Below are positions 1 through 9,725 of a stretch of 64,000 nt of DNA, one piece after another. Every line of letters starts with the position of its first letter. The stretch's first letter is position 1. Source of the stretch: Desulfobacterales bacterium (GTDB taxonomy: Bacteria; Desulfobacterota; Desulfobacteria; Desulfobacterales; UBA11574); assembly GCA_022340885.1 (NCBI GenBank), contig JAJDND010000107.1:9722-73721 (forward strand). The letters run 5' to 3'. Under the pieces are notes generated by a model that had not been told where the DNA came from, ran no database searches, and saw only the letters and a program-made list of their open reading frames with translations. Made by a program: the position numbers and the translations under genes.

Positions 1-1
1 G

Positions 2-403
2 GAACTTGAACAGCGGGTCGAAAGCGCCTTAAAGCATGCCGCGCTCTGGGATGAGGTAAAAGACAAACTCGCTCACAGCGCTTACGATCTATCCGGCGGA
101 CAGCAGCAGCGGCTGGTGATTGCCCGCGCCCTTGCGGTCGAGCCGGAAATCCTTCTTTTCGACGAGCCGACATCCGCCCTTGATCCGATCTCTACGACAA
201 AAATCGAGGAACTTGTAACGCTATTGAAAAATGACATCACCATTATTATTGTTACGCATAACATGCAGCAGGCCGCCAGGATTTCGGACTGGACAGGTTT
301 CTTGATGCTGGGAGAGTTGATCGAATTCGATGCCACGGAAAAGATCTTCACGTCACCTTCGAAGAAACTTACCGAAGACTACGTAACAGGGAGGTTCGGA
401 TAA
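2..403 (+). CDS. pstB: Phosphate ABC transporter ATP-binding protein PstB, C-terminal part (5' end outside window)
   Basis: The frame is open from the window edge. The translation [75 protein letters not shown] shows the ABC signature, Walker B, H-loop and a PstB-type C-terminus. Confidence 0.9.
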   Translation, partial: ELEQRVESALKHAALWDEVKDKLAHSAYDLSGGQQQRLVIARALAVEPEILLFDEPTSALDPISTTKIEELVTLLKNDITIIIVTHNMQQAARISDWTGFLMLGELIEFDATEKIFTSPSKKLTEDYVTGRFG

Positions 404-594
404 TGACCGTTTTCGAGCCGGGCCCATCTTACCTATAGTCCTTTTTTCTAAAGAAAAATGCCGTCTTGACAATGATACCGGCATCCGGTATCTATCTTCA
501 GGCTGTCACATGCCCCATCACACGATCATCTATCTTTACGACTAACTACAACACTGGTGATGCCGTTGCGAGTACGGCTTGCAAGAGAAGAGAA

Positions 595-1974
595 GTGGAC
601 TCTGTCGTCCGGATCAAGAACTATTCATATGCTTATCCAGATACGACCCAATTTGCGATAAGAAACATAAACCTCGACATCGAAACCGGACAGTGCCACT
701 GTGTCAGCGGGCCGACAGGCAGCGGCAAAACAACGCTGGGACTGGCCATTAAAGGGTTGCTGCCGCCGGGGAAAGAGGAAGGCCGGATAAGCGGGGTTAG
801 TGCGACGGAGGATGGCGGGACCGATATCGGCATTGTCCTTCAAAATCCCGAAATTCAGATTCTGGCATCAACCATCGGCGCTGAAATCGCATTCGGATTG
901 GAAAATCTCTGCGTCGATCCGGCCGCGATGCCGGCCAGGGTTGGAGAAGCGCTGGAGGCCGTCGGACTCGACCGGCCCTTCGAAAATGAGACTGCCCACC
1001 TTTCCATGGGACAAAAATACCGCCTGATCCTGGCTTCCCATCTGGTGATGAATCCCAGGCTTTTAATTCTGGACGAACCCGCCGGGCAAATGGATCCGGA
1101 TGGTTTAAAAAAGTTGCTGAAGGTGATACAAGCGCTGAAGAACGCCGGCATGTCATTTCTTTTATTTGAGCACAATCCTGAATTTTTAACAGAGATTATA
1201 GATGTTTACTGGCATTTGGACAGCGAAGGATATCTTCGGGCCGGACATTTTAAGATGTCGGTCTATGATCCATTGAGGTCCGGTTCTCCCGGGAGCGGAA
1301 GACTTGGCGCGACCGACGGGGAGGTTGTGAGCGTGCGCAAATTGACCGTCAGCGGTGCCGATGGGTCACCCATATTTTCCGATCTTTTACTAAGAGTGGC
1401 CAAAGGTCAGCGCGTTACCGTCTATGGCGCAAACGGCACGGGCAAAACGACCCTGCTCCGGTGCCTTGCCGGATTTGTTCAGGCCTCTGCCGGGGATGTG
1501 ATGGTTTTCGGCAAAAAACCGGTTCCACGCAATCTTCGCGGCAAAGTAGGGTGTCTCTTTCAGAATCCGCAGCAGCAGTTGTTCGAAAATACCGTATATG
1601 ATGAGGTCGCCTTTCCTTTGAAACGCTACGGAAAAAGAAGAAGTGCGATGGCATCCAAAGTCGATGAGATGCTTAGCATGTGTGAGATCGGCGAGCTTGC
1701 CGAATTTTCGCCCCATAAACTCAGCTACGGTCAAAAGCATCTTGTGGCCCTTGCGTCCGTGCTGGCCGCCGATCCGGAACTGTTATTGCTGGACGATCCT
1801 TTTGCAGGCCTCGATCAGAGCCGGTGTGAAATGATATTGAACCTTTTGTCCCGGTTGAACCAAGAAAAAGGCTTAACGATTATTTGGGCGTGTCATCATC
1901 CGCAGATGTTTTCAGGATGGGCCGATCTTGAATTTCTTATGAAAAGAGGAAAAATCTTTGCGCATTCGTCTTAG
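595..1974 (+). CDS. ECF/cobalt-type ABC transporter ATPase with two fused nucleotide-binding domains (CbiO/EcfA1-EcfA2-like)
   Basis: It has two Walker A motifs (GPTGSGKTT, GANGTGKTT), two signature-like motifs (LSMGQKYR, LSYGQKHL) and two Walker B motifs (LLILDEP, LLLLDDP). The track ORF opens at 466, but its first 43 codons look non-protein-like and its TTG is the -35 hexamer of a promoter-like site. The in-frame GTG at 595 (VDSVVRIKNYSY) after a purine-rich stretch is the likelier start. Confidence 0.8.
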   Translation: MDSVVRIKNYSYAYPDTTQFAIRNINLDIETGQCHCVSGPTGSGKTTLGLAIKGLLPPGKEEGRISGVSATEDGGTDIGIVLQNPEIQILASTIGAEIAFGLENLCVDPAAMPARVGEALEAVGLDRPFENETAHLSMGQKYRLILASHLVMNPRLLILDEPAGQMDPDGLKKLLKVIQALKNAGMSFLLFEHNPEFLTEIIDVYWHLDSEGYLRAGHFKMSVYDPLRSGSPGSGRLGATDGEVVSVRKLTVSGADGSPIFSDLLLRVAKGQRVTVYGANGTGKTTLLRCLAGFVQASAGDVMVFGKKPVPRNLRGKVGCLFQNPQQQLFENTVYDEVAFPLKRYGKRRSAMASKVDEMLSMCEIGELAEFSPHKLSYGQKHLVALASVLAADPELLLLDDPFAGLDQSRCEMILNLLSRLNQEKGLTIIWACHHPQMFSGWADLEFLMKRGKIFAHSS

Positions 1975-2650
1975 GCAACTTTTCGGACTCTCACGACTGT
2001 ACAGAGGTCAGCCGGGGACCGGAAATCGTCGCATCGGAAGCATTGCCGTCGGCGCAAAACTGTTGGGTTTGATGGTCCTTTCCTTCTTCGCATTCGGAAC
2101 CCGTACATCTGCCGGTTTGCTATGGCTTACTGGGATTAATCTTGCCCTTTTGTTTGTGTTCCGGTATGGGTTTATCTTTCTGAGACGGGAAATCAAGGTT
2201 TTTTTGTGGCAAACGGTCATCATCGTTTCTCTTTACATTTTACGTTTCGGGTGGATTGAGGGTTTTAAGCCGGGGGCCATGATTTCATGGCAACTTTCCC
2301 TGACCTATGTGCCCGGTCTCATCTTTGTCAAAACCACGCCTCAACCCCGCATTGTCGAGACATTTTCGGCTGTCGTACCCTATCGCGCGGCTTTTGTGAT
2401 GGCGACGTGCTTGAAATTTATCCCGCTCATATTGACGGAAATAAGAAATATCTACGAAGGACAGGTCTTTCGCGGTGCGAAGATACTTCGCAAGGACCTG
2501 TTAAACCCCATCAACTGGCCGGATCTTGTTTTTTGTCTGGCGCTTCCGGTCATCATACGGAGCATGAATCTTGCAGGGGAAATTACATTGGCCGCCAAGG
2601 CAAGGAATTTCGGTTTGAAAAAGAAAAGAACCTGCTGGCCCGGCATTTAG
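1958..2650 (+). CDS. ECF transporter transmembrane (T) component, EcfT/CbiQ-like
   Basis: A 230-aa polytopic membrane protein whose start overlaps the ATPase stop by 17 nt. It carries Arg-Gly coupling-helix-like motifs (VFRGAKIL, AKARNFG). The start is TTG. Confidence 0.7.
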   Translation: MRIRLRQLFGLSRLYRGQPGTGNRRIGSIAVGAKLLGLMVLSFFAFGTRTSAGLLWLTGINLALLFVFRYGFIFLRREIKVFLWQTVIIVSLYILRFGWIEGFKPGAMISWQLSLTYVPGLIFVKTTPQPRIVETFSAVVPYRAAFVMATCLKFIPLILTEIRNIYEGQVFRGAKILRKDLLNPINWPDLVFCLALPVIIRSMNLAGEITLAAKARNFGLKKKRTCWPGI

Positions 2651-2804
2651 CTGCCATTTCAAAAAAGTCTTTTCGTCCGATATCGGCCTTGAGCCCTCGT
2701 CTCAAGTCCTCGACATACTTGAGTATGCCTGCGGGTTGATCCCCGGCCTCGTCTTGATCTCGAACGAAAATCCTAATTTTGAGACGGCTGATAGAAGGAG
2801 TTTT

Positions 2805-3323
2805 ATGACCAGGATATCTTTGAAGGAATCTCTTTTTTTGGGTTTTTGCGCCGTCTTCATACTGCTGTCACGGGCGGCGTTGAGACTCCATCTGGGGATC
2901 AGCGGACACGTCATGTTTTCCACGATGTTTTTCCTTTTAATCGCCCGCGGATGTGTTCCCCGCTTTTTTGCGGCGACCATTACCGGACTGTTTGCCGGCA
3001 CGGCCGCAATGGCCCTGGGGATGGGGAAAGGAGGGCCGCTTCTTTTGATCAAGTTTGTCCTGCCCGCCATGGTCGTCGATATCGGCGCCATGGCGCTCCC
3101 GTTTATGTTCCAAAGTTATCTCTTATGTGCCCTTGTTGCCGCGACGGCAGCCTCGACAAAATTCATTGATACGTATGTCATGGACCGTCTGGTATCGATG
3201 AATCCGGACATCATTCTCCAGCACGCTTTTTTGGAGGCTGCACCAGCGGTTCTCTTTGGCGTGGCCGGGGGTTTGTTCGTGCCGCCCGTGATCAGAAGGT
3301 TGAAATCATATGGTGTGATTTGA
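2805..3323 (+). CDS. Small polytopic membrane protein, candidate substrate-capture (S) component of the adjacent ECF module
   Basis: An AGGAG sequence lies 5 nt before the ATG at 2805 (MTRISLKESLFLGF...). The protein has about 5-6 hydrophobic helices and sits directly after the A-A-T genes. I recognise no family signature. Confidence 0.55.
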   Translation: MTRISLKESLFLGFCAVFILLSRAALRLHLGISGHVMFSTMFFLLIARGCVPRFFAATITGLFAGTAAMALGMGKGGPLLLIKFVLPAMVVDIGAMALPFMFQSYLLCALVAATAASTKFIDTYVMDRLVSMNPDIILQHAFLEAAPAVLFGVAGGLFVPPVIRRLKSYGVI

Positions 3324-3433
3324 AAGGACTAAAAAGTTAACTCTCAACCTTGCGCCTTGAACTTTCTGGACGCTGAACACCGAACGCTAAGTTTTTCACT
3401 GGGACAGTCGATGAAATCCAAAATACGCCATTC

Positions 3434-3462
3434 TTGACAATAAGACGGGCATGCATTATTAA
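3434..3462 (+). promoter_or_regulatory. Sigma-70-like promoter candidate (TTGACA-N17-TATTAA)
   Basis: TTGACA at 3434-3439, a 17-nt spacer, then TATTAA at 3457-3462, in a 460-bp non-coding gap. It lies about 320 nt upstream of the next plus-strand gene, so its target is uncertain. Confidence 0.3.
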
Positions 3463-3786
3463 TAAAAAAAAACCAAGGGTTATTTCGTGATATCCGGCCT
3501 AACTAATAAACGTGATGCGTATTGAGACGGGACATATTTGTAAATTGTTCCTGATTTTGAGCACATAAAGAGAATTTTCATCACTTCACTTCTATTCCAT
3601 CCAGTTTAGATTAATGAACTTAATGATAGGCATCAGAACTGATATTGAAGAAAATTATTTGCTTTTTCAATATCTTGCTGCTTTAAATCGCTTTGACGGT
3701 CGCGATGTGGCGGTTGTGATACGATCCGGGCGTTATAAGGATCAGGTTTTTTACGGTGAAACATCCGAGGCTTGGTGAGCTGACCG

Positions 3787-5616
3787 ATGAATAGTGAACA
3801 AAAAAAAGAAGGCTTGTCGCCGAGTTCCCCGAAACATCCGGGGTTGACCGCTGCAGCAAACGAGCGTTTCAAGGTCGGCGAAACGGTTTTTCGCCGGCTG
3901 CCCCAGCGCTACATCATAAACGAGTCCGGCGACGGCCGTAATCTTACCTGTTTGGAAGCGCCGAATATTTCGGTGCATGTTGAGGCGGGATTGACGGTTT
4001 CCGCTTCAACAGCTCACAAGTCTCCTCCGGGTACCATCTATCTCGATGGTGTCGCGGCGTGTGAGCCTTTCATGGATCTTGAAAAACAAATCTATAATTT
4101 CGATCACCATGAAGGATGTTTGCGACCTTTTACCCTTTCAACCTGCGAACAGGTACTGATCATGATTTTAAAAGGCCTGGATCTCCGTGGCAGAGATTGG
4201 CGGATTTTCGCTAACGAGCCGGATTTGGACACCGTCCTGGCCATTTGGCTGCTTTTCAACCATATCCGCGTGGGCCGAAAGGATTCGGATGGGTTGCGAA
4301 GATTATATGCATTGGTGCGGCTTGAGGGCATCATCGATGCACACGGGCTGGAGATGGCGGGATTGAGCGCATTTTCCCCGGACCTTTTAAATAAAACCAA
4401 AAAGTTAATCGATTATTTAAGAGCGGAAGAGGTCAACCTGAAAAAGAACGGCGTCTGGGAGGAAACCGACTATTTGGAGTATACCTCGTTAATATTGCAT
4501 AAAATCGACAGAATCATTTATAAATCGGGTGATTTTGACGATTTTAAAGAATTAAAGGAGCTGGCTCGGGCGGAAATCAGCGATCATCGAATCGCGGTCG
4601 TCGTCGACGCCGAATTGGGGATATACGAACTCGAACCCTATCTGAACCGCATATATGGCGAAAACCTCGGGATTGCCATTTTAAAAAAGGGGGAAGGAAT
4701 TTACACACTGCGTCGAATGGATCCGTTTATGCCGGTGGGTCTGAATAATGTCTATCAGAAATTAAACTCGATCGATCCCGACGTAAGCTGCCGAAAAGAC
4801 AGCCGCCAGTGGGGGGGATCCGATGATATCGGCGGCTCTCCGCGCGGAATGCCGACCAAACTGACCCCAAAAGAAATTGTTCAAGCCTGCCATGACGCGT
4901 TTCAGAAGACCAGCTTTGTCTATCATACGATTCGTTTTTTCTACGGGCTTTATTTGCTTGGGATAATCCTGGGCGCCGCTTTTATCTGCAGATTTTTCGT
5001 GTTATCTAATCTTTCCATCGTCGGCACAGACCGCATCCATTTGATATTCAAGTCCAATCTGCTTTTTTTCGTGTCGTTGCTTTTTTTTACGATCTTGATT
5101 TTGGTGATCATTTCCCGGGAAGAATGGCGGCAATTCGGCGTCAGAAAGCCCACCGGAAAAGACTGGTGGCTCATTTTGCCCATTGTCATCCTTGCCGCTT
5201 TTGCCAGAGGGGTATATGTTCCACAAAGATTCTTTTCCATACTCGGTCCCGGCAGCATCCTGATATACATGATGGTTATCATACCCCTGGCCTCGGAACT
5301 GCTTTTTCGCTGCCTGGTATACGGCATCTTGGCAAAGGGAGCATCCACTCAAAACTGCCGAAGCGGATGGTTTTTTTCCTATCCAATGGTGAGTTCGGCC
5401 TTCTTGTATGCGGCATTTATCGCCTATCTGGAGTTTTTTCCGAATATCCAGGGAGACGCCTTGTCCTTAAAGGCCATATTCAGTTGTTTATTTGCCGCCA
5501 CGGCCTTCGGCATAGCCCAAGGATTCGTCCGGGAAAGGTCCCAGAGCGTTTTTCCCGGCATCCTTTTTCATTCCGCCGCCGTCGGTATTTTCGTTGTTTG
5601 GAATTTTATCTATTAG
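3787..5616 (+). CDS. Fusion protein: about 370-aa soluble N-terminal domain (DHH-like tripeptide) plus C-terminal multi-pass CPBP/CAAX-type intramembrane protease-like domain
   Basis: The C-terminal third has 6-7 hydrophobic helices with PLASELLFRCLVYG (E-x3-R type motif) and PGILFHSAAVG (His motif), as in the CPBP/Abi family. The N-terminal part contains IYNFDHHEG, NEPDLDT and WGGSDDIGGSPRG. Confidence 0.55.
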   Translation: MNSEQKKEGLSPSSPKHPGLTAAANERFKVGETVFRRLPQRYIINESGDGRNLTCLEAPNISVHVEAGLTVSASTAHKSPPGTIYLDGVAACEPFMDLEKQIYNFDHHEGCLRPFTLSTCEQVLIMILKGLDLRGRDWRIFANEPDLDTVLAIWLLFNHIRVGRKDSDGLRRLYALVRLEGIIDAHGLEMAGLSAFSPDLLNKTKKLIDYLRAEEVNLKKNGVWEETDYLEYTSLILHKIDRIIYKSGDFDDFKELKELARAEISDHRIAVVVDAELGIYELEPYLNRIYGENLGIAILKKGEGIYTLRRMDPFMPVGLNNVYQKLNSIDPDVSCRKDSRQWGGSDDIGGSPRGMPTKLTPKEIVQACHDAFQKTSFVYHTIRFFYGLYLLGIILGAAFICRFFVLSNLSIVGTDRIHLIFKSNLLFFVSLLFFTILILVIISREEWRQFGVRKPTGKDWWLILPIVILAAFARGVYVPQRFFSILGPGSILIYMMVIIPLASELLFRCLVYGILAKGASTQNCRSGWFFSYPMVSSAFLYAAFIAYLEFFPNIQGDALSLKAIFSCLFAATAFGIAQGFVRERSQSVFPGILFHSAAVGIFVVWNFIY

Positions 5617-5733
5617 TGTTTAGTATTTTGAGTTTAGATTAAAACATGTCGTGCAATCATAAAAAATTGGACTTCGACTTCTAAAAACTAAATACTCGAA
5701 GAATTCGAAAAAAGATCAAATTCTTGTCTGCCA

Positions 5734-7374
5734 TCAAAACCCGTCCCTTATCATCGTTTTATAAATTTCTTCCTGTTCGTTTAAAATCTCACACAAAATA
5801 TCGATGGTGGTCATGGGATTCATGATCACCGTGCGAAGCACGACGATATGTTGCCCTGGAAAATCTTTAATGTCGAGGGTCGTTCTGGAGACAAAACTCT
5901 TTCCGGCTTCCCGCTGGCGTCGCTGAATTTGACGATTGATGTCGTTCAGGGTTTCGTTGATCCTCACCCTCTGCCTATCATCACTTCCGGCGAGTTTTTC
6001 TTGAAGATCAAAGGGGCAGAAACGATAGGTCAAGATGTTGAGTTCAGGTGATGTAATAAGCTGAAAATCCTTCCTGTTTTCTATTTCATCGGCGAACTTC
6101 CGCGCGGTTTCGATGCCGTGGTCGATGAGCAGGGCATATCCCCGGCTCCCCATAATTTTAAGTGCGCTGTCGAGTATCAGGGAGTTGGCCTCCCGGGATC
6201 CGGAAGGCGATTTGATGCCGAGATCCACGGAGCCCGGCCGGTTGACATAATTGGCATGATAAATGATGTTATCCATGATCGCGGGATCTTTGAAATAAAC
6301 CATGCCGGAGCTCATGGGCATGTAAAACTGTTTGTGACCGTCGATGGTGACCGAATCGGCATGTTCGATGCCCGACAACAGGTGACGGTACTTTTCCGAC
6401 ATCAGCGTCGGGCCGCCCCATGCGGCATCTACATGGAAATGGATGTTGTGCTCACCACAGATACCGGCCATTTCCCGCAGGGGATCCACGGATCCGGTTT
6501 CCGTGGTTCCGGCAATACCGATCACCGCAAGGACGGCTGCTTTTCGGGGACCTTTCAACAGCGTGCGGATGGTTTCTTCAAGCTTGACCAGGTCGATTCG
6601 GTTATTTGCATCCACATCGACGGCAATGATATTCCGGTTGCCGAGGCCGAGCAAACCGCCGGCCTTGTTGAGGGAATAGTGCCCGCGTTTTGACACGAGA
6701 AGAACGCAGCGGTGGATTCCGTAAGCATCGTATGCCGCCTTAAGGCCTTCTTTTTCGACCCCTTCGAACCCGGTTTTAGGGGATAGCAGCGCATTTCGAG
6801 CCACCCACAACGCCGTCAGGTTTGAAAGGGTGCCGTTTTCGGTGAAGCAGCCCAGGGTGGTATAGGTGCTCTGGATGTGCTCTTTATAAAATGCGTCGCT
6901 TTGTTGATAGATCAAACGGTGAATTTTGGCCAGCACCTGTTTTTCCACCACCGACACCACCTTGGATGTTTCGATTTTAACCAAATTTTGGTTCAACGCC
7001 GCGACTATGGTTTTCAGGTGGACCATGAAAAACGGGATGGCCGAGGTCATGTGACCCACAAAATACGGCGAAGCGACATTGACGGCGTGGGGGGCGATGT
7101 CTTCGATCAGATCGGTGATCACATCCGCCAGTTTTTTGTCCGGATTTTGACTGATCAGGCTGTTCGTAAACCGATCGGCCAGATGCTTCAGACTGATCGC
7201 TTCGGTAAAACCGACATGTGTTTTCAAAAAATCCTGAAGCCCGAAAAGGATCTGCTCCATGTACTTGATCAGCGTAGATTTGGCAGCATCGCTTTCCGGT
7301 TGGATAAAGGTTCGGGTCAACGCCGGCCAATCGGCAACGAGTTCTTTTTTTTCAGTGGGGGATTTTCCTGCCAT
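5734..7374 (-). CDS. PLP-dependent group II amino-acid decarboxylase (glutamate/aspartate/aromatic decarboxylase family)
   Basis: A 546-aa protein with HFHVDAAWGG and the PLP-lysine motif DSVTIDGHKQFYMPMSSG. Its length and layout are typical of long group II decarboxylases. Confidence 0.8.
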   Translation of the reverse strand: MAGKSPTEKKELVADWPALTRTFIQPESDAAKSTLIKYMEQILFGLQDFLKTHVGFTEAISLKHLADRFTNSLISQNPDKKLADVITDLIEDIAPHAVNVASPYFVGHMTSAIPFFMVHLKTIVAALNQNLVKIETSKVVSVVEKQVLAKIHRLIYQQSDAFYKEHIQSTYTTLGCFTENGTLSNLTALWVARNALLSPKTGFEGVEKEGLKAAYDAYGIHRCVLLVSKRGHYSLNKAGGLLGLGNRNIIAVDVDANNRIDLVKLEETIRTLLKGPRKAAVLAVIGIAGTTETGSVDPLREMAGICGEHNIHFHVDAAWGGPTLMSEKYRHLLSGIEHADSVTIDGHKQFYMPMSSGMVYFKDPAIMDNIIYHANYVNRPGSVDLGIKSPSGSREANSLILDSALKIMGSRGYALLIDHGIETARKFADEIENRKDFQLITSPELNILTYRFCPFDLQEKLAGSDDRQRVRINETLNDINRQIQRRQREAGKSFVSRTTLDIKDFPGQHIVVLRTVIMNPMTTIDILCEILNEQEEIYKTMIRDGF

Positions 7375-7604
7375 GGTGATATGTGGTGTTTATGTCCTGC
7401 CGCAAATGAAGATTTGTTGTTGCAAGAATCATTCGAGATTCGGGTGCCAAGTATCCGAATGCTATTAGCACGACCTATTGATATTGCCAAGTAAATCTTT
7501 CAAAGCATTATAAATTGCCTATTGCCAACCTGCGGTTAACTATAATACTATTTGGCGTCCAATAAGGATCCCCACATTAAAGAAAGGTTTATTGCTCGAG
7601 GCTT

Positions 7605-9671
7605 ATGGAAAACGAAGTATTTCTGCAGGAACATAAATATTATAGAAGACTTATCGAGAGTGTAACGGATTATGTGGTTGCCGTCAATCGCAACTATCAG
7701 ATCATTATGGCCAACGAACTTTTTAAAAATGAGTTCGGAATGCAGCCCAATGATTTCTGTTACAGAGTATGGAAAGACAGAAAGGAGAAATGTAAAGACT
7801 GCCTGGTCGCAAAAACATACCGGGACGGATGGGGACACTGGAATGTCGAAAATGTCACCATGAAGAACGGCAGAGTCGCCAAAATGCTGATTAAAGCGAT
7901 TCCGGTCAAAAATGAACAAGGCGAAGTGGTTTATGTTCTGGAAAGAGCGACCGATATTACGGAAAGGCAGCACATTCAGGAAAACATCGATAAAATTGTG
8001 GGCAATCTCGAAGATATGCTGGCCAATCGTCTGGAAGAGCTGCAAAAATCCGAAGAGAAATATCGAACCATATTCGAGCGGTCCCGGGATGCCATCATTC
8101 TCACCAACCCTACTGGCGGCATCGTGGAGGTCAACCAGGCCGGTGTACATATTCTGGGATATGAGACCCAGAAGGAAGTACTGGCGCTGCAATCAGTTTC
8201 AAGGCTTTTTGAAACCCAAGAATACTTTAGATTTCAGGAAAAGGTTACGCGTGAAGGCTTTGTCAAGGAGCTTGAAACCCGCCTGTTCGGGAAAAATGAC
8301 CGGACGTTCGATGCGCTGATCACGTCCAATGTGATGGTCGACGTTACGGGAAGAATAACCGGTTATGTATTGATCATAAGAGATATTACCGCAAGGAAGA
8401 TTTCACAAAGGCAAATCGAAAAACGTAATATCCGGTTGAATATTTTAAATGCCATATCCAAAAGCGTCAGCAGCAGTTTGAATCTTGATGAGATTTTAAA
8501 TAGCGCTATCGATAAAATTCTCGAGGTTCTCGAATCCGACAGTGTCAGGATTTATCTGCTGGACAAAAAAAGAAAGGTTCTCAAACTGGTGGCGCACAAA
8601 GGTATTTCAGCCAAATTGATTAACGAACCCTTTATGCAGTATCGTGATCCCGGCGACGGGTTGTTGGGTCAGACCATACTGGACGGCGAGACCCGATTGG
8701 TGGACAATTTTTTGAGGTCCCAGGATCCTTATGTCGATTCGATTATCGAAGAGGGCCTTCATTCCACCGCTTATATACCGTTGTCCACAAAAGGGGTGTT
8801 GATGGGCGTCATGTGTGTGGGCAGCCATTATCCCGTTGAGTTTGCATCCGGATATATTGAATTTTTAACGGCTATCGGGAGTCAGATCGGCGTTGCCGTG
8901 GATAATGCAAACTTATATGAAAACATAAAACGGGCCTATGAAGATCTCAAAGATGCCCAGGAACAGATTGTCCAGTCGGAAAAACTGGCCTCCCTTGGGA
9001 AATTGGCCGCCACTATCGCCCATGAGATAAACAATCCCCTTGCCGCAGTTCTGACCTATATCCGCCTGATGATAAAACTAAAAGACCGGAATCAATTTTC
9101 TTGCGAAAGACTCGATGACATTACCCGGTATTTGGCCACCATGGAGTCGGAAACCGCCAGATGCGGAGAGATCGTAAAAAATCTTTTGGCATTTTCCCGC
9201 CAGTCTAAAATCACCATCAAGCGCCATCGCGTTGCCGACATTATTGACAGGACCTTGAGTCTGATTGCCCATGATCTGGAAATGAAAGAAATCCATTTGA
9301 AAAAGATCATCGAGCCGGATCTGCCAGATGTTCATTGTGATTTTCAGCAGATTCAACAGGCCCTGTTAAATCTTATGTACAATGCGTCAGACGCTATGGT
9401 TCAACGCGGTACTCTGACAGTGACCGCCCGTAGAAAACCCGGTGCCGAAAAGTTTCTGGAGGTCATGGTTTCGGATACGGGACGAGGCATTACCGATGAA
9501 GACAAGGAAAAGATATTCGATCCTTTTTTTACAACAAAAGAAGAAGGGAAAAATGTGGGCCTTGGTTTATCGGTGGTTTACGGCATTATTACGCGGCATA
9601 ACGGAACCATAGAATTGGAAAGCGAGGCCGGAAAGGGGAGCACTTTCACGGTGGGTCTGCCATGTGGCTGA
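7605..9671 (+). CDS. Sensor histidine kinase (PAS-PAS-GAF-HisKA-HATPase), cytoplasmic
   Basis: H-box TIAHEINNPLAAV; N box NLMYNASDAM; G boxes DTGRGI and GLGLSV. Two PAS-like segments and a GAF-like segment precede these. The first PAS region carries a C-x12-C-x2-C cysteine pattern (DFCYRVWKDRKEKCKDC). Confidence 0.85.
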   Translation: MENEVFLQEHKYYRRLIESVTDYVVAVNRNYQIIMANELFKNEFGMQPNDFCYRVWKDRKEKCKDCLVAKTYRDGWGHWNVENVTMKNGRVAKMLIKAIPVKNEQGEVVYVLERATDITERQHIQENIDKIVGNLEDMLANRLEELQKSEEKYRTIFERSRDAIILTNPTGGIVEVNQAGVHILGYETQKEVLALQSVSRLFETQEYFRFQEKVTREGFVKELETRLFGKNDRTFDALITSNVMVDVTGRITGYVLIIRDITARKISQRQIEKRNIRLNILNAISKSVSSSLNLDEILNSAIDKILEVLESDSVRIYLLDKKRKVLKLVAHKGISAKLINEPFMQYRDPGDGLLGQTILDGETRLVDNFLRSQDPYVDSIIEEGLHSTAYIPLSTKGVLMGVMCVGSHYPVEFASGYIEFLTAIGSQIGVAVDNANLYENIKRAYEDLKDAQEQIVQSEKLASLGKLAATIAHEINNPLAAVLTYIRLMIKLKDRNQFSCERLDDITRYLATMESETARCGEIVKNLLAFSRQSKITIKRHRVADIIDRTLSLIAHDLEMKEIHLKKIIEPDLPDVHCDFQQIQQALLNLMYNASDAMVQRGTLTVTARRKPGAEKFLEVMVSDTGRGITDEDKEKIFDPFFTTKEEGKNVGLGLSVVYGIITRHNGTIELESEAGKGSTFTVGLPCG

Positions 9672-9725
9672 GTTCGGTAAAGGCGATTTGATTTAAAACC
9701 AAAAGATGAAGGGAAGGAGCCGACA

